DNA of 56,753 bases from a virus (Duplodnaviria > Caudoviricetes). Below the pieces are notes generated by a model. It had not been told where the DNA came from. It did no database searches and worked only from the letters and a program-made list of their open reading frames with translations. Shown one piece after another: positions 19,701-29,315 of the stretch. The stretch's first letter is position 1. Every line of letters starts with the position of its first letter. The DNA lies in IMG/VR virus record IMGVR_UViG_3300032224_001432, positions 1 through 56,753 of that record. The stretch is one strand, 5' to 3'. A program made the translations under genes and the position numbers.

Positions 19701-21962
19701 AAGTCGATTGTGTTTAGCTTCATGTCTGGACCGACTCTAGGCAATCTAGCCTTGATGACAGAAGCGTTCATAAACGTGCCATTTGTTGAACACGATTGCC
19801 AGGTGCTGCACATACTACCGCCTGTAGATAACAAAGACGGAATAGTAGTAGTCCGTGATCCCTACGGAAGAGACGTACGCTACCGCTACCCATCAGGTGC
19901 TGTGCTAGGTATTAATCCCACTACGCAGAAGACGATAGAAGCGTATCCAACTATCGTAGACAGACCTGACAAACTCAATGCCATAGATAAGGCTGTCTAT
20001 GACAATGCAATACTGCCTGCGTACACCAGACTGTTCGACGTAGTGCAGGTTGACGACTTTATCTCCAATAATGCGCTGGTAGAGTCCTTTTTACCCGGGC
20101 AAAATGTAATCTCTAAATTTCACACCTTTGTGGTACGTGTTCCACTAGAAATAGCCAAGACGACCGAGGCATTTGCCCTCATACGCACCTACCTTACAAT
20201 GGCTAAGGCGGCGTACACGCGATTCATCTTAGTCGGTACGTTGAGCTTCTTAGACGAGATTGTAGTAGAAGAAATATTAACGAAAATAGTAACGCTGCTG
20301 CTAAAAGATACGCCGCATACAGCACCGTTTGCGCTGAATCCGGCCGAAACGCCAGTTAAGAATCTTCTGTCAGTGGTGTTTCCAGCACAACCTACTTCTC
20401 CAGCTAATCCAAGCATACCCAAGTACTTCGCTGACGGCACCGTCTATACGACAAATGTAGACTCGATAGAGCGCTACGAGTCTGGGTATCAAGAAGGTGT
20501 GCTAGACGACTATAGCGGAGATGGTTCTATAAACGCTGTGCACGCCGAAATAGACAGAGTAAACTCTATAGACTTTGATGACTTTGACATTCTCAACAGT
20601 TACTTATGGGTACCTATAACTAAAGACAACACGGCACCATACAACGACGTAGAATTCAAATTGGGCGAGTCCATCCGAATTCTAGACAACGGTGCGGTGT
20701 TGGCAGATACTCCTAATCGCTATCAATGGAACGCATCGCCGCCAGTAATCGTACACATCGGCGCTGGAGTACATCCAAAGATACCTGGTGTTTACAGCTA
20801 TCAGGTAAATCACCCGCATACGTATCTGTTGTTGGGATTTAAGCGTACACAAAGCACGGCTAGCCTTGGAGACCCCACAGCGGTGATTTCCAACTACGCC
20901 AATGCACAAATGATTGACGGTCTGTACTACGCTTCTTTGGCACTGACAGGTCCACTAAACAATATGCGCATTGAGGGTAGAGTAAGCGGCGCACGAGCGT
21001 CGTTGGCAATACCAGTACCTAACAGAGTTCTGAATCCAGCCGATAGAAAGTACTTCTTATTAGAGAGAATAAACCAAGTAGATAAGCTGGACATGTACAA
21101 CCTAAATGATGAGCCTGTGTTAATAAACACGGTGTACATCAACAACATGTCGGCCCCAACTACTATACAAGATGTGGCCAATGCCTTTACAGGTAACGCC
21201 CTAGCGGGACCTCCAGCATTTGCTCCGTATACTGCACACGTGACTAGAATGCGGCAGCAGTTACAGCAGTTTCCCTACGACCCAGCATTGGCTGACAACC
21301 TACAGTTCGTGCCGGCTACTGCCGCAGGGTTATACTACTCTTGGGCCGGTACATTACCTGCTATAGATAATTTTTCCTTGGATTACGTAGAGCCTGCTGG
21401 ACCTGTTAGCACAACACCGACTGCGATAACAGCGTTCACCAGACCTGTGGGCTGGGCTGGAGTAAAGAACGTACATCTAGGATTTAAGTTCACCAGAGCG
21501 GGTGGCTGGCATAAAACTCACGGCTTCGTGACCGTAACCATACCCAAACCTGACGTGCGTGGGGCTCGGTGGAACAATGCCACCACTACCATGCGTGTTG
21601 AAGGTATGTATTTTATTTCTCCAGATACAGTAACTCCAGCCACTATACACACAGCCGTTGCTTACAATGGTAATTACACCGGAAGCTGGGTGTTCGTACG
21701 AAACAACCTTGGCGTGGAAACTGCCGCCACTACAGTGACCTTTGAGACTGGCCTTGCTGCCGGTCCAGGGTTAAGATTCGTACTAGGAATTGACGGATCT
21801 GTGCAGACCAGTACCGGTCACGTACTAAATGCAACTTTTCCGGGGTTGGTCGCTGGAGTATACACAGTAATCGTGCGACACTATCGACCGTTCGTGTTTC
21901 GCTCAGGTGCGGCATCACAGCTAGAGATAGACGCGGATGAGATCGGAGGAGTGACGGTATGA
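16761..21962 (+). CDS. Large baseplate wedge protein (P2 gpI / T4 gp7-like) with PKD-like domain
   Basis: Follows J-like gene; IFKYLPDFW and SGPTLGNL segments; PKD halves VGKAITLSGKNSYD...ITYDW and FIPDLPGPYVFSLRV. Confidence 0.55.
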   Translation: MPFPASPQFNIFDWNPRALSAVDGSSLAGSAATGMITAGVINGKFFSNAEYLALFADSKVNNNGVAITSFSIPLAPVGNFFTLELELALANDIPDSWTEDNQHIFISLNNNPTPGVGFFATKKGLYLANSLTDKNPTLLSGSDKFFTDAKGNPQSFVIRAIGDNTTGRVAFYMATADAAYDEENGANWWLYPDLSLIHNFQIKPSTGALTAFSILLEAKQGTELSVIMYSARLADTLLTPVFRPVAIIDATWQAVVGKAITLSGKNSYDKYGAAITYDWHIEHAPKGSTAILQGATRASATSVVGPVTDKDFVVFSKNYTSKDNLKTVTVLGTNPPNQSLSLVVLDTGLVIKPDTDALGNIITTALQLSVASKNFLSAAYTDALAENYVIELASPLFAGNGVIVSGTYAFSGGTGSYIDTPVFIPDLPGPYVFSLRVNNGVTYGAKVLFTVSITQTDEMLGEIPDGNYIFKYLPDFWNLVKNKEQLAVIWAAITQVLTGDLVQAWQNDYSKSIRDISRKYQRRWTSFPNKVIPATNYIYGYDPIKVTITDVVASTALDVTGYTTKTATILGPSASPISTGLVLCRANDNYPTVVEINKITAAGANWTVQSTSSDLPVCRKLLGGFALQNVGVNTYTDASYNFSKSAAQSDYVRTVAPSGEKDVKMITALPAATGYVTTAAALTDVFTDKQTTWEIVRKVRNVRLTVMPYFVFEDGTTDYELQIGDMAVVALLSPYSSTELNISCTVLAVSTKAVFVDLTPVIDALNTEAKEDDINPNKIWTDYEIAERAVSIAYFLRTRRSRKVIDLVAVPKLGKSTTSAEYVENRDFTVSDERVHITPLLTGTASMVANFKDITTSSTDGWYSLPALPTLDDLYEAAGETDTSIPFYVLLETGTMAGLYEVSTLNGNHIAVTSNFARIESSTFSINRYRGKNVPPDNHWAEVSFYDNWRAIEGNFGLMVGLPKQYILDDNVQVDYLTLVKSIVFSFMSGPTLGNLALMTEAFINVPFVEHDCQVLHILPPVDNKDGIVVVRDPYGRDVRYRYPSGAVLGINPTTQKTIEAYPTIVDRPDKLNAIDKAVYDNAILPAYTRLFDVVQVDDFISNNALVESFLPGQNVISKFHTFVVRVPLEIAKTTEAFALIRTYLTMAKAAYTRFILVGTLSFLDEIVVEEILTKIVTLLLKDTPHTAPFALNPAETPVKNLLSVVFPAQPTSPANPSIPKYFADGTVYTTNVDSIERYESGYQEGVLDDYSGDGSINAVHAEIDRVNSIDFDDFDILNSYLWVPITKDNTAPYNDVEFKLGESIRILDNGAVLADTPNRYQWNASPPVIVHIGAGVHPKIPGVYSYQVNHPHTYLLLGFKRTQSTASLGDPTAVISNYANAQMIDGLYYASLALTGPLNNMRIEGRVSGARASLAIPVPNRVLNPADRKYFLLERINQVDKLDMYNLNDEPVLINTVYINNMSAPTTIQDVANAFTGNALAGPPAFAPYTAHVTRMRQQLQQFPYDPALADNLQFVPATAAGLYYSWAGTLPAIDNFSLDYVEPAGPVSTTPTAITAFTRPVGWAGVKNVHLGFKFTRAGGWHKTHGFVTVTIPKPDVRGARWNNATTTMRVEGMYFISPDTVTPATIHTAVAYNGNYTGSWVFVRNNLGVETAATTVTFETGLAAGPGLRFVLGIDGSVQTSTGHVLNATFPGLVAGVYTVIVRHYRPFVFRSGAASQLEIDADEIGGVTV

Positions 21963-22624
21963 GATCTGATTTTGATCCCAAAATAAATGTTAGCATCCTT
22001 ATTTATGAAAAGGACGCCGACGGTACGAAGCTTGTCGGTAGGCGCGATACGCACAACGTCATGACCAACCGCGGTAAAGAGTGGTTGATGCAGCGACTCG
22101 GCGGATCTAACTACGGAGTGTCTCCGCCCACACCACATAGAACCGACGTAATAAAGTACGTGGGTTTTGGTGTAGGCGGTGCGCTACAGAGCAATGCTGC
22201 CTTCCTACACTCTCAGTTAGAAATACCTACGGTGGTGGCTATACAAGACCCCATTGCCTACTCAGTAGTAGCTGGTACCAATAAGCGCTACCTAAAAACG
22301 GTTAACGCGCAAGTTCTCGGAGACGTAGACGACTTCCCTGCGTTTAACAGAACCGTATTTACCTTAGATGTTCTGGAAACTGAGATATCGTTTCCAGGCT
22401 CAAGAAGCTTAGCGTCTAACGTACTAGTAGATACGCTGGTTCCTGTATCAGAGGCCGGTTTGTACCTGAGTTCTGCGGTACCTACGTATGATCCAGGTGC
22501 CCCGCTAGGCGCAGGCAATGTAGACCCTAGATCCGATAATTTTATGGTGTGCTACAATATATTCGAGCCGATACCAGTAACGCCTAATACACTGCTGCGT
22601 ATACTCTGGGAAATTCGCTGCTAA
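21959..22624 (+). CDS. Baseplate/tail-fibre attachment protein (tail-collar-like)
   Basis: HNVMTNRGKEWL...IKYVGFGVG...SEAGLY...MVCYNIFEPI...LRILWEI pattern. Confidence 0.6.
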   Translation: MRSDFDPKINVSILIYEKDADGTKLVGRRDTHNVMTNRGKEWLMQRLGGSNYGVSPPTPHRTDVIKYVGFGVGGALQSNAAFLHSQLEIPTVVAIQDPIAYSVVAGTNKRYLKTVNAQVLGDVDDFPAFNRTVFTLDVLETEISFPGSRSLASNVLVDTLVPVSEAGLYLSSAVPTYDPGAPLGAGNVDPRSDNFMVCYNIFEPIPVTPNTLLRILWEIRC

Positions 22625-22642
22625 TAAATACGGAGTACTGAC

Positions 22643-25600
22643 ATGGGTTTCAAGCGCTTTGGTAAGTTGGCTGGTAAGACCAATGCTTCGGCAGCTCTTA
22701 CAGAAAACTCAGCTCCCAATACAACTACTCCATACGAAGCACAACCCGGCGGAACTAAGTTCTTAGCATGGGGCGAGGGCTCATCATCGCTAGCGTTTAA
22801 TAGAGCCTTAGGTGCTCTACAAGAAAACATAGAGCAGACCTATGGAATATTTGACGCGCCTGCTCTGGCTGAAACAAGAATAACTGCTGGTGACACAGTT
22901 AGCGGTACGCAGACCTTTGGTACCAGAGCGCTATTTGCCGTTGCTAACGGCGCAGCTTCTATAAATTTGGCGACCCTTTCTAATACAGGCCACGCTGACA
23001 TCGCCCCAATATACTGGGTGTACACTGGATTACATCAAGGTCAACTAAAGAAGTTTATCCGTGCGTACCGGTTCACCAGTACGTCAATAAACGCGCCTAT
23101 ATCTGCGTTCGAGGATTTTAATCCCTCAGTATCGCTAGATGCCCGTACCGCTAACATGGTGGCACCGGATGACATACTCCCTAAAGCAGCCGGAACGTCT
23201 ATATTCATAGACCCTGTAACCGCTACATATCAAGGATATGCCACTTCGTCAGTAGTTTCACAACAGACCTTGGCACAGTTCATACCTCCGATAAAGTACA
23301 TAATATCAGACCTACAGCCATACGGTGGAGCTTCTGTCACTGACACCGTGTCCCAGTGGTGGAACGACGGAGCATCACTATCAGGCTATACGTGGCGTAA
23401 GTTATACCTGCGTCCGGGCTGCTTTGCCCATGTTACCGGTGCAGGAGTCAACAACGGTCTTTATAGAATAGCTGAAGTAAGAAACCTATACGCCACTGCA
23501 TCAGACAAGGCAATCCTTACTAGAGGCGGTCTACACAAGGTGCGCGTAAATTCTGCCGCAGCATTTACTGCCGGTAGACTTATGGCTTGGGCACCGTCGC
23601 CGTCCGGTGGTATAGACCCGCCCACAACAGCGATATTGAACAACTTTGCCTACGTGGTTTTCGTAGATACCGCTGATAACGCAATCTACTTGGCGGACCT
23701 ACCTGGCGAAGAAGACTTCGGCACGTACGGCGGCGCTGTGCAGTGGGGGCAGAAGGTAGACAACACCGGTACAGTGCCGTCATCAGCCGATAATATAGGA
23801 ACAGTAGGCCAAGTAGACAGTGAGACTGGCGCGGGCTCTAGCTTAAAACTGTTACCTGGCCAGTTCATATTCGACGCTGGAGATACTACCAAGAAGGCCA
23901 CTGTCGTAGCCGTTATTCAGTCTAACGCGCCTGTGCAGTTTGATACTGCAGTTGCCGGATCGATAACTCCGTGTAACCCGCTGGGCTTCACGCTAAACCC
24001 GACTCTTACGTTCCCTGCCGGATCTATAGAAAAGGGCAACTACCTGATACAGTGCAAGCGCCTGTCCACGGTAAGAGAAAAGCTTAATACTCCCGGCTCT
24101 ACAGCGCAGTACAAAATAATTCCAAACGCCTCGGATACTCTTAATTACTCAGAGTTCGAGGCCGGGCTAGTTAGGGCTTTCACCAGATACATAAAGACTG
24201 GTGAGGAGTCAGCTTCTACGCGTGGCGCTGGATCGTACGAATCTCCGTCCGGTCCTTTTACTGCCACTAATATGGTTCTGGGCGATGGCCTGTGGAAAGT
24301 GCGCTTCTCCACAGTAGGCCCGACGCTAGAATCTGTGGCCACTTTAGGGGCTATACAACTAGTTACTCCGGCCCCACAAAGCGCGTACACGTACTGCAAC
24401 CTACAATCTGTTAGTACCAACACTGCGGTTATATCGGATGTCTCCCCGCTGTGGTCGGACTCACAACTTGTTGGGTACTCGCAGCTACCCATACAGATAG
24501 GAAGCACTCTTACGGTTGGTCTTAACACTTTTACTGTAGACCAGCTGATACACGTGCCATACCTCCGCGATGCCTCTAATGTATCGCGACTACCTTCGCA
24601 TGGTCTGGACGCCGCGTACCACACGCATTACTCGGCGTCTAAGGGTAACAGAGGCAACGCACGCGGTTCTTTCATACGCTTGTCTCCATATGCTCCCGTA
24701 AAATTACTACTACCTACTAGGGCACCAGGTACAGACATTGGCGGAGTATTAACTTCTAACAATGTAGCCATCAGTTCTGTAGCGACCAATAATCTTAGTC
24801 AGACAATACTTGAGCAGATAACGTATGGAGCGGGATTACTGCCTCCCACAACTTACGCTTCTATTGGGGTTGCTAGCACCTACAGTGGGAGTATGTTGTT
24901 TAAGGATACAAATATACTTGCTGGAAACTTCCCGGCACTAGTATCTGGTATCCCACTTACCAACGCACTCAAGTACACGCTTAATCCTCCGTACGGCGGC
25001 TTCCTGGATACGTCTATATTGGGAGCTATCACAGAACAGAGTGGTACGTTCCTGGCCGCTAGAGGCGCATCCGGCGGAGATGGCAGAGTCGGAGCTGAAC
25101 TAATTAGGGCCCCCTATCTGGAGGTGCCCGCCGGTACTTCTGTAACTTTCGGCACTCCTATTGCCGGTGCCAATGTCACGGTCACGTCGTATGGAGTCGG
25201 TTACTACAATGGTTACTACTATGAAATACCGACGCAAACACTAGCTATACCCAATGGTTTTAGCCAATTGGTGTGGGACGGTAGCTTTTCACTAGGATCT
25301 CAGTACAGAATAATCACGGGAGAGGCTTCTGTTTCTCAAGCTACCGTGGCGTTTATCTACAGAAGCGCTCCTAATAACACCTTCTACAATACTGCCCTTA
25401 TTACGCAGTATAAAAACAAGAAGGAGTCTGTAATAACCGTAGGCGGCACCGGTAGCATGTTTACTACCTTGGCCGACGCTGTCGACGCTATCTACGGTCT
25501 AACTACGCTAGGAGTCGGTAACGCCACACGCACACACATAATAGAGGTTCGCGGTGGCACCACAGAAACTAGGACAATCACCTTTAGATCAGGTAACATA

Positions 25601-26575
25601 TTAATACGTGGAGTCCCTGGTAGGCAGCTATCGGCAGTCAACGAGACGCTGGCATCTATTACTTGGTCCGGCAACCGAGCTTGTTTTGATTTCAACGGAA
25701 ACTCACATATAGCTGTTCGAGACCTGTATTTGAGATATGACAGCGGTGGCTTAGGCAGTTCTTCTTCTCAGACCAGAGTAGCCTTCAAAAATAGCACTAG
25801 TGCCACTTGTACTAACATAACGCTAGACAACGTGAATATTAGATCGGTTAACGCTGGGCGTTTGCACGGATACTTTAATTTATGTGGTTCTGGCGGAACT
25901 GTAGGTACGGAATATCTTTTTATACAAAACTGCCACTGGAGCGATGCCACCGACTACGGCATAGTTGTCAGCGGTAACAGTATTAAGGTAGTCAATAATG
26001 TAATTTCCGGTGTCGGTCTACTTACCCAAGGCGGTAATGTATTTCCACAACAAATAGTAGGCGGAGTTCTAGTAACGGACGAATTGAGCGTCGGCGCGTC
26101 CTCATCTGCTGTGTTTGTATCTAATAATAGTATTGACGGATGGCTCGGCTACGGCGTCAAGACTAAGGCAGCAGACAAGGTTTGGATTAAGGACAATACC
26201 ATAAAAAACCTAACTAGTGGTGATGCGCAGATATTTGTGCCTGCCGGCTCTCCAAGTTCCGCCAGAAGCTACGGCGTGCTGTTGCTAGCAACTACCTTTT
26301 ATAATATCGTAGGCAATGTCATAGATACCATAATTACCGTTAGTTCCGGAGCTACTCCTGTCCAGTCTTCGTACGGAATTAACGACGTAGGTGGTAGTAA
26401 AGGAAATATAAGAGACAACAACATATACAACCCCGGTGCAACTTCCTTCACCGGTATAACCACTTCCGGTGGAACATCCTACTTAATAATAGACGGCAAC
26501 CAGACCGGTGGTTGGGGTACGTCAATTGCTGGTGGTCCGCACTCATTGGGTGCCACAAACCGCGATGACCCATAG
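22643..26575 (+). CDS. Tail fibre/tailspike with C-terminal right-handed beta-helix (candidate depolymerase/receptor-binding protein)
   Basis: ITVGGTGSMFTTLADAVDAI capping helix followed by NNVISG/NNSIDG/DNTIKN/GNVIDT/DNNIYN rungs. Confidence 0.75.
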   Translation: MGFKRFGKLAGKTNASAALTENSAPNTTTPYEAQPGGTKFLAWGEGSSSLAFNRALGALQENIEQTYGIFDAPALAETRITAGDTVSGTQTFGTRALFAVANGAASINLATLSNTGHADIAPIYWVYTGLHQGQLKKFIRAYRFTSTSINAPISAFEDFNPSVSLDARTANMVAPDDILPKAAGTSIFIDPVTATYQGYATSSVVSQQTLAQFIPPIKYIISDLQPYGGASVTDTVSQWWNDGASLSGYTWRKLYLRPGCFAHVTGAGVNNGLYRIAEVRNLYATASDKAILTRGGLHKVRVNSAAAFTAGRLMAWAPSPSGGIDPPTTAILNNFAYVVFVDTADNAIYLADLPGEEDFGTYGGAVQWGQKVDNTGTVPSSADNIGTVGQVDSETGAGSSLKLLPGQFIFDAGDTTKKATVVAVIQSNAPVQFDTAVAGSITPCNPLGFTLNPTLTFPAGSIEKGNYLIQCKRLSTVREKLNTPGSTAQYKIIPNASDTLNYSEFEAGLVRAFTRYIKTGEESASTRGAGSYESPSGPFTATNMVLGDGLWKVRFSTVGPTLESVATLGAIQLVTPAPQSAYTYCNLQSVSTNTAVISDVSPLWSDSQLVGYSQLPIQIGSTLTVGLNTFTVDQLIHVPYLRDASNVSRLPSHGLDAAYHTHYSASKGNRGNARGSFIRLSPYAPVKLLLPTRAPGTDIGGVLTSNNVAISSVATNNLSQTILEQITYGAGLLPPTTYASIGVASTYSGSMLFKDTNILAGNFPALVSGIPLTNALKYTLNPPYGGFLDTSILGAITEQSGTFLAARGASGGDGRVGAELIRAPYLEVPAGTSVTFGTPIAGANVTVTSYGVGYYNGYYYEIPTQTLAIPNGFSQLVWDGSFSLGSQYRIITGEASVSQATVAFIYRSAPNNTFYNTALITQYKNKKESVITVGGTGSMFTTLADAVDAIYGLTTLGVGNATRTHIIEVRGGTTETRTITFRSGNILIRGVPGRQLSAVNETLASITWSGNRACFDFNGNSHIAVRDLYLRYDSGGLGSSSSQTRVAFKNSTSATCTNITLDNVNIRSVNAGRLHGYFNLCGSGGTVGTEYLFIQNCHWSDATDYGIVVSGNSIKVVNNVISGVGLLTQGGNVFPQQIVGGVLVTDELSVGASSSAVFVSNNSIDGWLGYGVKTKAADKVWIKDNTIKNLTSGDAQIFVPAGSPSSARSYGVLLLATTFYNIVGNVIDTIITVSSGATPVQSSYGINDVGGSKGNIRDNNIYNPGATSFTGITTSGGTSYLIIDGNQTGGWGTSIAGGPHSLGATNRDDP

Positions 26576-26594
26576 CTTATAGACGGAGCGTCAG

Positions 26595-27221
26595 ATGCCA
26601 CTGTTTCCCGCAGTACGTAATATTCCAGTTGCCACGAGCACTTTGACGACGTCTGCTGCCACAGCGCAGCAGGCATTGCTTAGGACGGAAGCCATACCGG
26701 CAGGCGCAACAGCGTTGGTGGATATAACCGTGATAGGCCTATCCACTCCCACGGCGATACGCGGTACTGCTTCCGCAACAACTAGCTCGTTTATAGTTGG
26801 CGCCGGTACGCAGTTTCAAACTGATGCAAATACGTACAACAGACTAAATGTAGGAGATGAGGTTTTAATAAATGGCGGCTACTACAAGATAGTTGCTGTG
26901 ACATCTAATAATGATGCACAGCTAGATAGAGTAGCTACTTTCGCCGGGCAGATTATTTATAAAGTTTACCAAACTGTGTACCGAACTTCTATGCACGTAC
27001 AGCGGTATGACTCAACTGGATATGGTTTTCCTGGGTACAGAGCTGAGGCTAAGTACGAGACTTCGGTATCTACTACTCTAGGTAAAGCATACTTTGACGA
27101 GGCGGGTACAGTGGACTATAGCTTCTCCGGTGACGGTTCTGTAGTTGTACAGGTATCCCCTAGAGTTAACGTAACTAAGTGGACAGGTTACGCGTCTGTT
27201 TATTATGGTACGCGCCCCTAA
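26595..27221 (+). CDS. Small tail-fibre-associated beta protein
   Basis: VGAGTQF...LNVGDEVLINGGYYKIVAVTS module typical of fibre proteins; last gene of the + block. Confidence 0.45.
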   Translation: MPLFPAVRNIPVATSTLTTSAATAQQALLRTEAIPAGATALVDITVIGLSTPTAIRGTASATTSSFIVGAGTQFQTDANTYNRLNVGDEVLINGGYYKIVAVTSNNDAQLDRVATFAGQIIYKVYQTVYRTSMHVQRYDSTGYGFPGYRAEAKYETSVSTTLGKAYFDEAGTVDYSFSGDGSVVVQVSPRVNVTKWTGYASVYYGTRP

Positions 27222-27230
27222 TAGGTAAGC

Positions 27231-27263
27231 AAAAGGGGCAACCATCATTTAGATGATTGCCCC
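27231..27263 (-). terminator. Intrinsic terminator at the convergence of the + and - blocks
   Basis: Minus strand reads GGGGCAATCATC-TAAAT-GATGGTTGCCCC-TTTT (12-bp stem, one G.U), just after the stop at 27270; may be bidirectional. Confidence 0.8.
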
Positions 27264-27269
27264 GTTCGC

Positions 27270-27665
27270 TTAGGCCTTCTTGTCGGACTTGGTCGGCTCG
27301 GCTGCAAGCAACTTCGCCTCCAACTTGTCCTTGATGGCCTTGACCGCCTGCGCCGCCTTGTGATCCTCGTAGGCAATAGCCTGGTCGAGGGTCATGGCGA
27401 CGGCCTTGTCCTTCTCAGCCTTCTCAGCCTTGGCCTTGTCTGCCTTGGCCTCGTTTCGCCGGAGAGCCACTGCCTGGCCGAACGCCTCGACCGACGACCC
27501 GAACGCGACCTCCTCACCGGAGAAAAGTCCCTGGGCCGTCTGACCCAGGTAGCCGTCGCTAGCGGCTTTCGCCGCCAGCACGCCACCAACGAACCCTGCG
27601 CCAGCCGCTAGGGCCATGTCAGTGCCGCTGTAGCCACCGAAACCAAAGAAGTTCTTGTTGAACAT
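27270..27665 (-). CDS. 131-aa protein with Gly-zipper membrane helix and Ala/Lys coiled coil; monocistronic, GC-rich codons
   Basis: GAGGTG RBS; MALAAGAGFVGGVLAA helix; flanked by two terminators. Confidence 0.75.
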   Translation of the reverse strand: MFNKNFFGFGGYSGTDMALAAGAGFVGGVLAAKAASDGYLGQTAQGLFSGEEVAFGSSVEAFGQAVALRRNEAKADKAKAEKAEKDKAVAMTLDQAIAYEDHKAAQAVKAIKDKLEAKLLAAEPTKSDKKA

Positions 27666-27765
27666 GGTTCACCTCTAGGTCAGGGATGAATTAGGTCAGC
27701 ACTTCCTTCATCATTACTCCATGTAATGTAGAGGAGGCTTAGTTACCTTTTCCCTGGACATAATC

Positions 27766-27796
27766 CTTATACCCTATTAGGGGTAATAAATTGCAG
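27766..27796 (-). promoter_or_regulatory. Candidate phage promoter CTGCAA-N20-ATAAG
   Basis: Minus strand CTGCAA tttattacccctaatagggt ATAAG; same boxes and spacing at 45968-45998. Confidence 0.6.
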
Positions 27797-27809
27797 ATTT
27801 AGGCAATAG

Positions 27810-27843
27810 AAAACCCCCTACTACCATTGCAGATAGTAGGGGG
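27810..27843 (-). terminator. Intrinsic terminator ending the replication operon
   Basis: Minus strand CCCCCTACTATC-TGCAAT-GGTAGTAGGGGG-TTTT, 25 nt after the stop at 27869. Confidence 0.8.
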
Positions 27844-27868
27844 CGTCTATTACCGACTAATACTTTAT

Positions 27869-28816
27869 TTAGTCTTCGAACTGTATATCTTCCACTTCCG
27901 CAAGATTGCTTAGCGGGGTTTCCGTAAGCACGGTGCTGTTCAGCAGGATCAACATAGCTTTGTTGAACAGGTCGTTATCTTTTAGAAGCGCATCAACTTT
28001 ATCTTCAACCGTATCCGGACGTGCTGACAGATCAGCGAGCACACCGCTCTGCACCACGTTGATCTCAATAAGCTTCTCTAGCTGATGCTGTTGCTTTGTC
28101 ACTACCTGACAAAGCTTTTCTACAAGATCCCCAATAACCTGGATCTTGGCATCGATATCGTAGTTCTGGTTAACTGCACGAACCGCCGGAAGCTTCACCT
28201 CTTCCACTTCTTTACTCACGGTTGGTACGCTCTCCGCGGGTTCCTCTGTCTTAGGCTCTTTAGGAGCTTTATTACTCAGAGCGGCCTTCTTCAGTACAAA
28301 ACGCTTTGCGCTTGTTTCCTCTTTCACCTTAACTTCCTCCTGCACAGGTGGCTCTACTTCTTTAGGTGCCTCAGGTACTACTGGCTCCACAACAGGTGCT
28401 TCTGTCACAACGCCAGATATTTCCTCTAATATTTCTTCTTTCTCGTCATCCTCTGCTTCTTCGTCTGTTCTCTCCCACACAGGCGTGTCCTCATATTTGA
28501 TGGGCTGTGCCTCATCAATGATTTCTTCCATGAGCGGATTGAACACTGGCAGAGGACCGTCGCCTGATGCGTAGGCTTGTAGCGCCATGCAGTAATCTTT
28601 TATTGGGCCTCTGAACATTGCCCAATTCTGCTTCTCTAGGTCTACCGCAACAAAGCCAGTCAGATTCTCTAAGAACCAGGTCTGTCTTTCCTTTGGTGAT
28701 GCCTTCCACGATTGCATGATAGGCATACCCAGCATCAAGCACATCAAACGCATTTCTGGAGGAGTTAGGACTTCCAGCATTTTGCTGGTTACCCGTACCT
28801 TCAGTTTGGGCGGCAT
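27869..28816 (-). CDS. Hypothetical protein (acidic/Pro-rich linker, C-terminal coiled coil)
   Basis: GGAGG RBS; last gene of the - operon. Confidence 0.6.
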   Translation of the reverse strand: MPPKLKVRVTSKMLEVLTPPEMRLMCLMLGMPIMQSWKASPKERQTWFLENLTGFVAVDLEKQNWAMFRGPIKDYCMALQAYASGDGPLPVFNPLMEEIIDEAQPIKYEDTPVWERTDEEAEDDEKEEILEEISGVVTEAPVVEPVVPEAPKEVEPPVQEEVKVKEETSAKRFVLKKAALSNKAPKEPKTEEPAESVPTVSKEVEEVKLPAVRAVNQNYDIDAKIQVIGDLVEKLCQVVTKQQHQLEKLIEINVVQSGVLADLSARPDTVEDKVDALLKDNDLFNKAMLILLNSTVLTETPLSNLAEVEDIQFED

Positions 28817-28819
28817 GAA

Positions 28820-29026
28820 TTAACCTCCTCTTTTGTTTTTCAGGTAGAACTCGATTATTTCTTCCAGCGGTACTTTTCTATTGAAGTGCTGAGAGGTCAT
28901 GTAACTAGGATCTCCGCCTTCGTCTAGAAAGTAATCACCCTCTCTAGTCAGGTCTACAACAACGGCAGAGTCGATAGTTCCGTAGTTTCCATCCTCTAAC
29001 GCTACAATCCAATTACCGGCCGGCAT
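28820..29026 (-). CDS. Hypothetical 68-aa protein
   Basis: In-operon ORF with GGAG RBS. Confidence 0.55.
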   Translation of the reverse strand: MPAGNWIVALEDGNYGTIDSAVVVDLTREGDYFLDEGGDPSYMTSQHFNRKVPLEEIIEFYLKNKRGG

Positions 29027-29315
29027 CTTCGTTCTCCAAGAAGTTTTTATAACAATCCAACACTACAGCATCTGCGTGCTTGTAGCAGTCACCATCACAG
29101 AACAAAGACAACTTGTCTTTGTTACTACGCACAAACTCTATGATCTGGTCACGTATATTGTTCATATCGTGCTGCGGAGTACTTAGTTTCTCTAGCGACA
29201 ACAGTTCTACCAAGTGCTTCTTTGGGGCGTTTGGATGAACCCGGATGTTGTAGTGTACGTAAACTAGGTGCCGCAACTCGTTTATGTTTAACGTCTCCAG
29301 ATCTATGTCAGGCAT
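29013..29315 (-). CDS. Hypothetical protein with C-x3-C...H...C possible metal site
   Basis: FCDGDCYKH...LDC; start placed at MPDIDL, which overlaps the rusA stop region. Confidence 0.5.
   Translation of the reverse strand: MPDIDLETLNINELRHLVYVHYNIRVHPNAPKKHLVELLSLEKLSTPQHDMNNIRDQIIEFVRSNKDKLSLFCDGDCYKHADAVVLDCYKNFLENEDAGR

Noticed and set aside
1009-27221. eCIS, tailocin or T6SS rather than a phage
   Set aside because: A portal and a complete replisome lie on the same contig
27666-27868. tRNA or known riboswitch in the largest intergenic gap
   Set aside because: No cloverleaf, T-loop or recognisable aptamer; explained by terminator, promoter motif and leader hairpin
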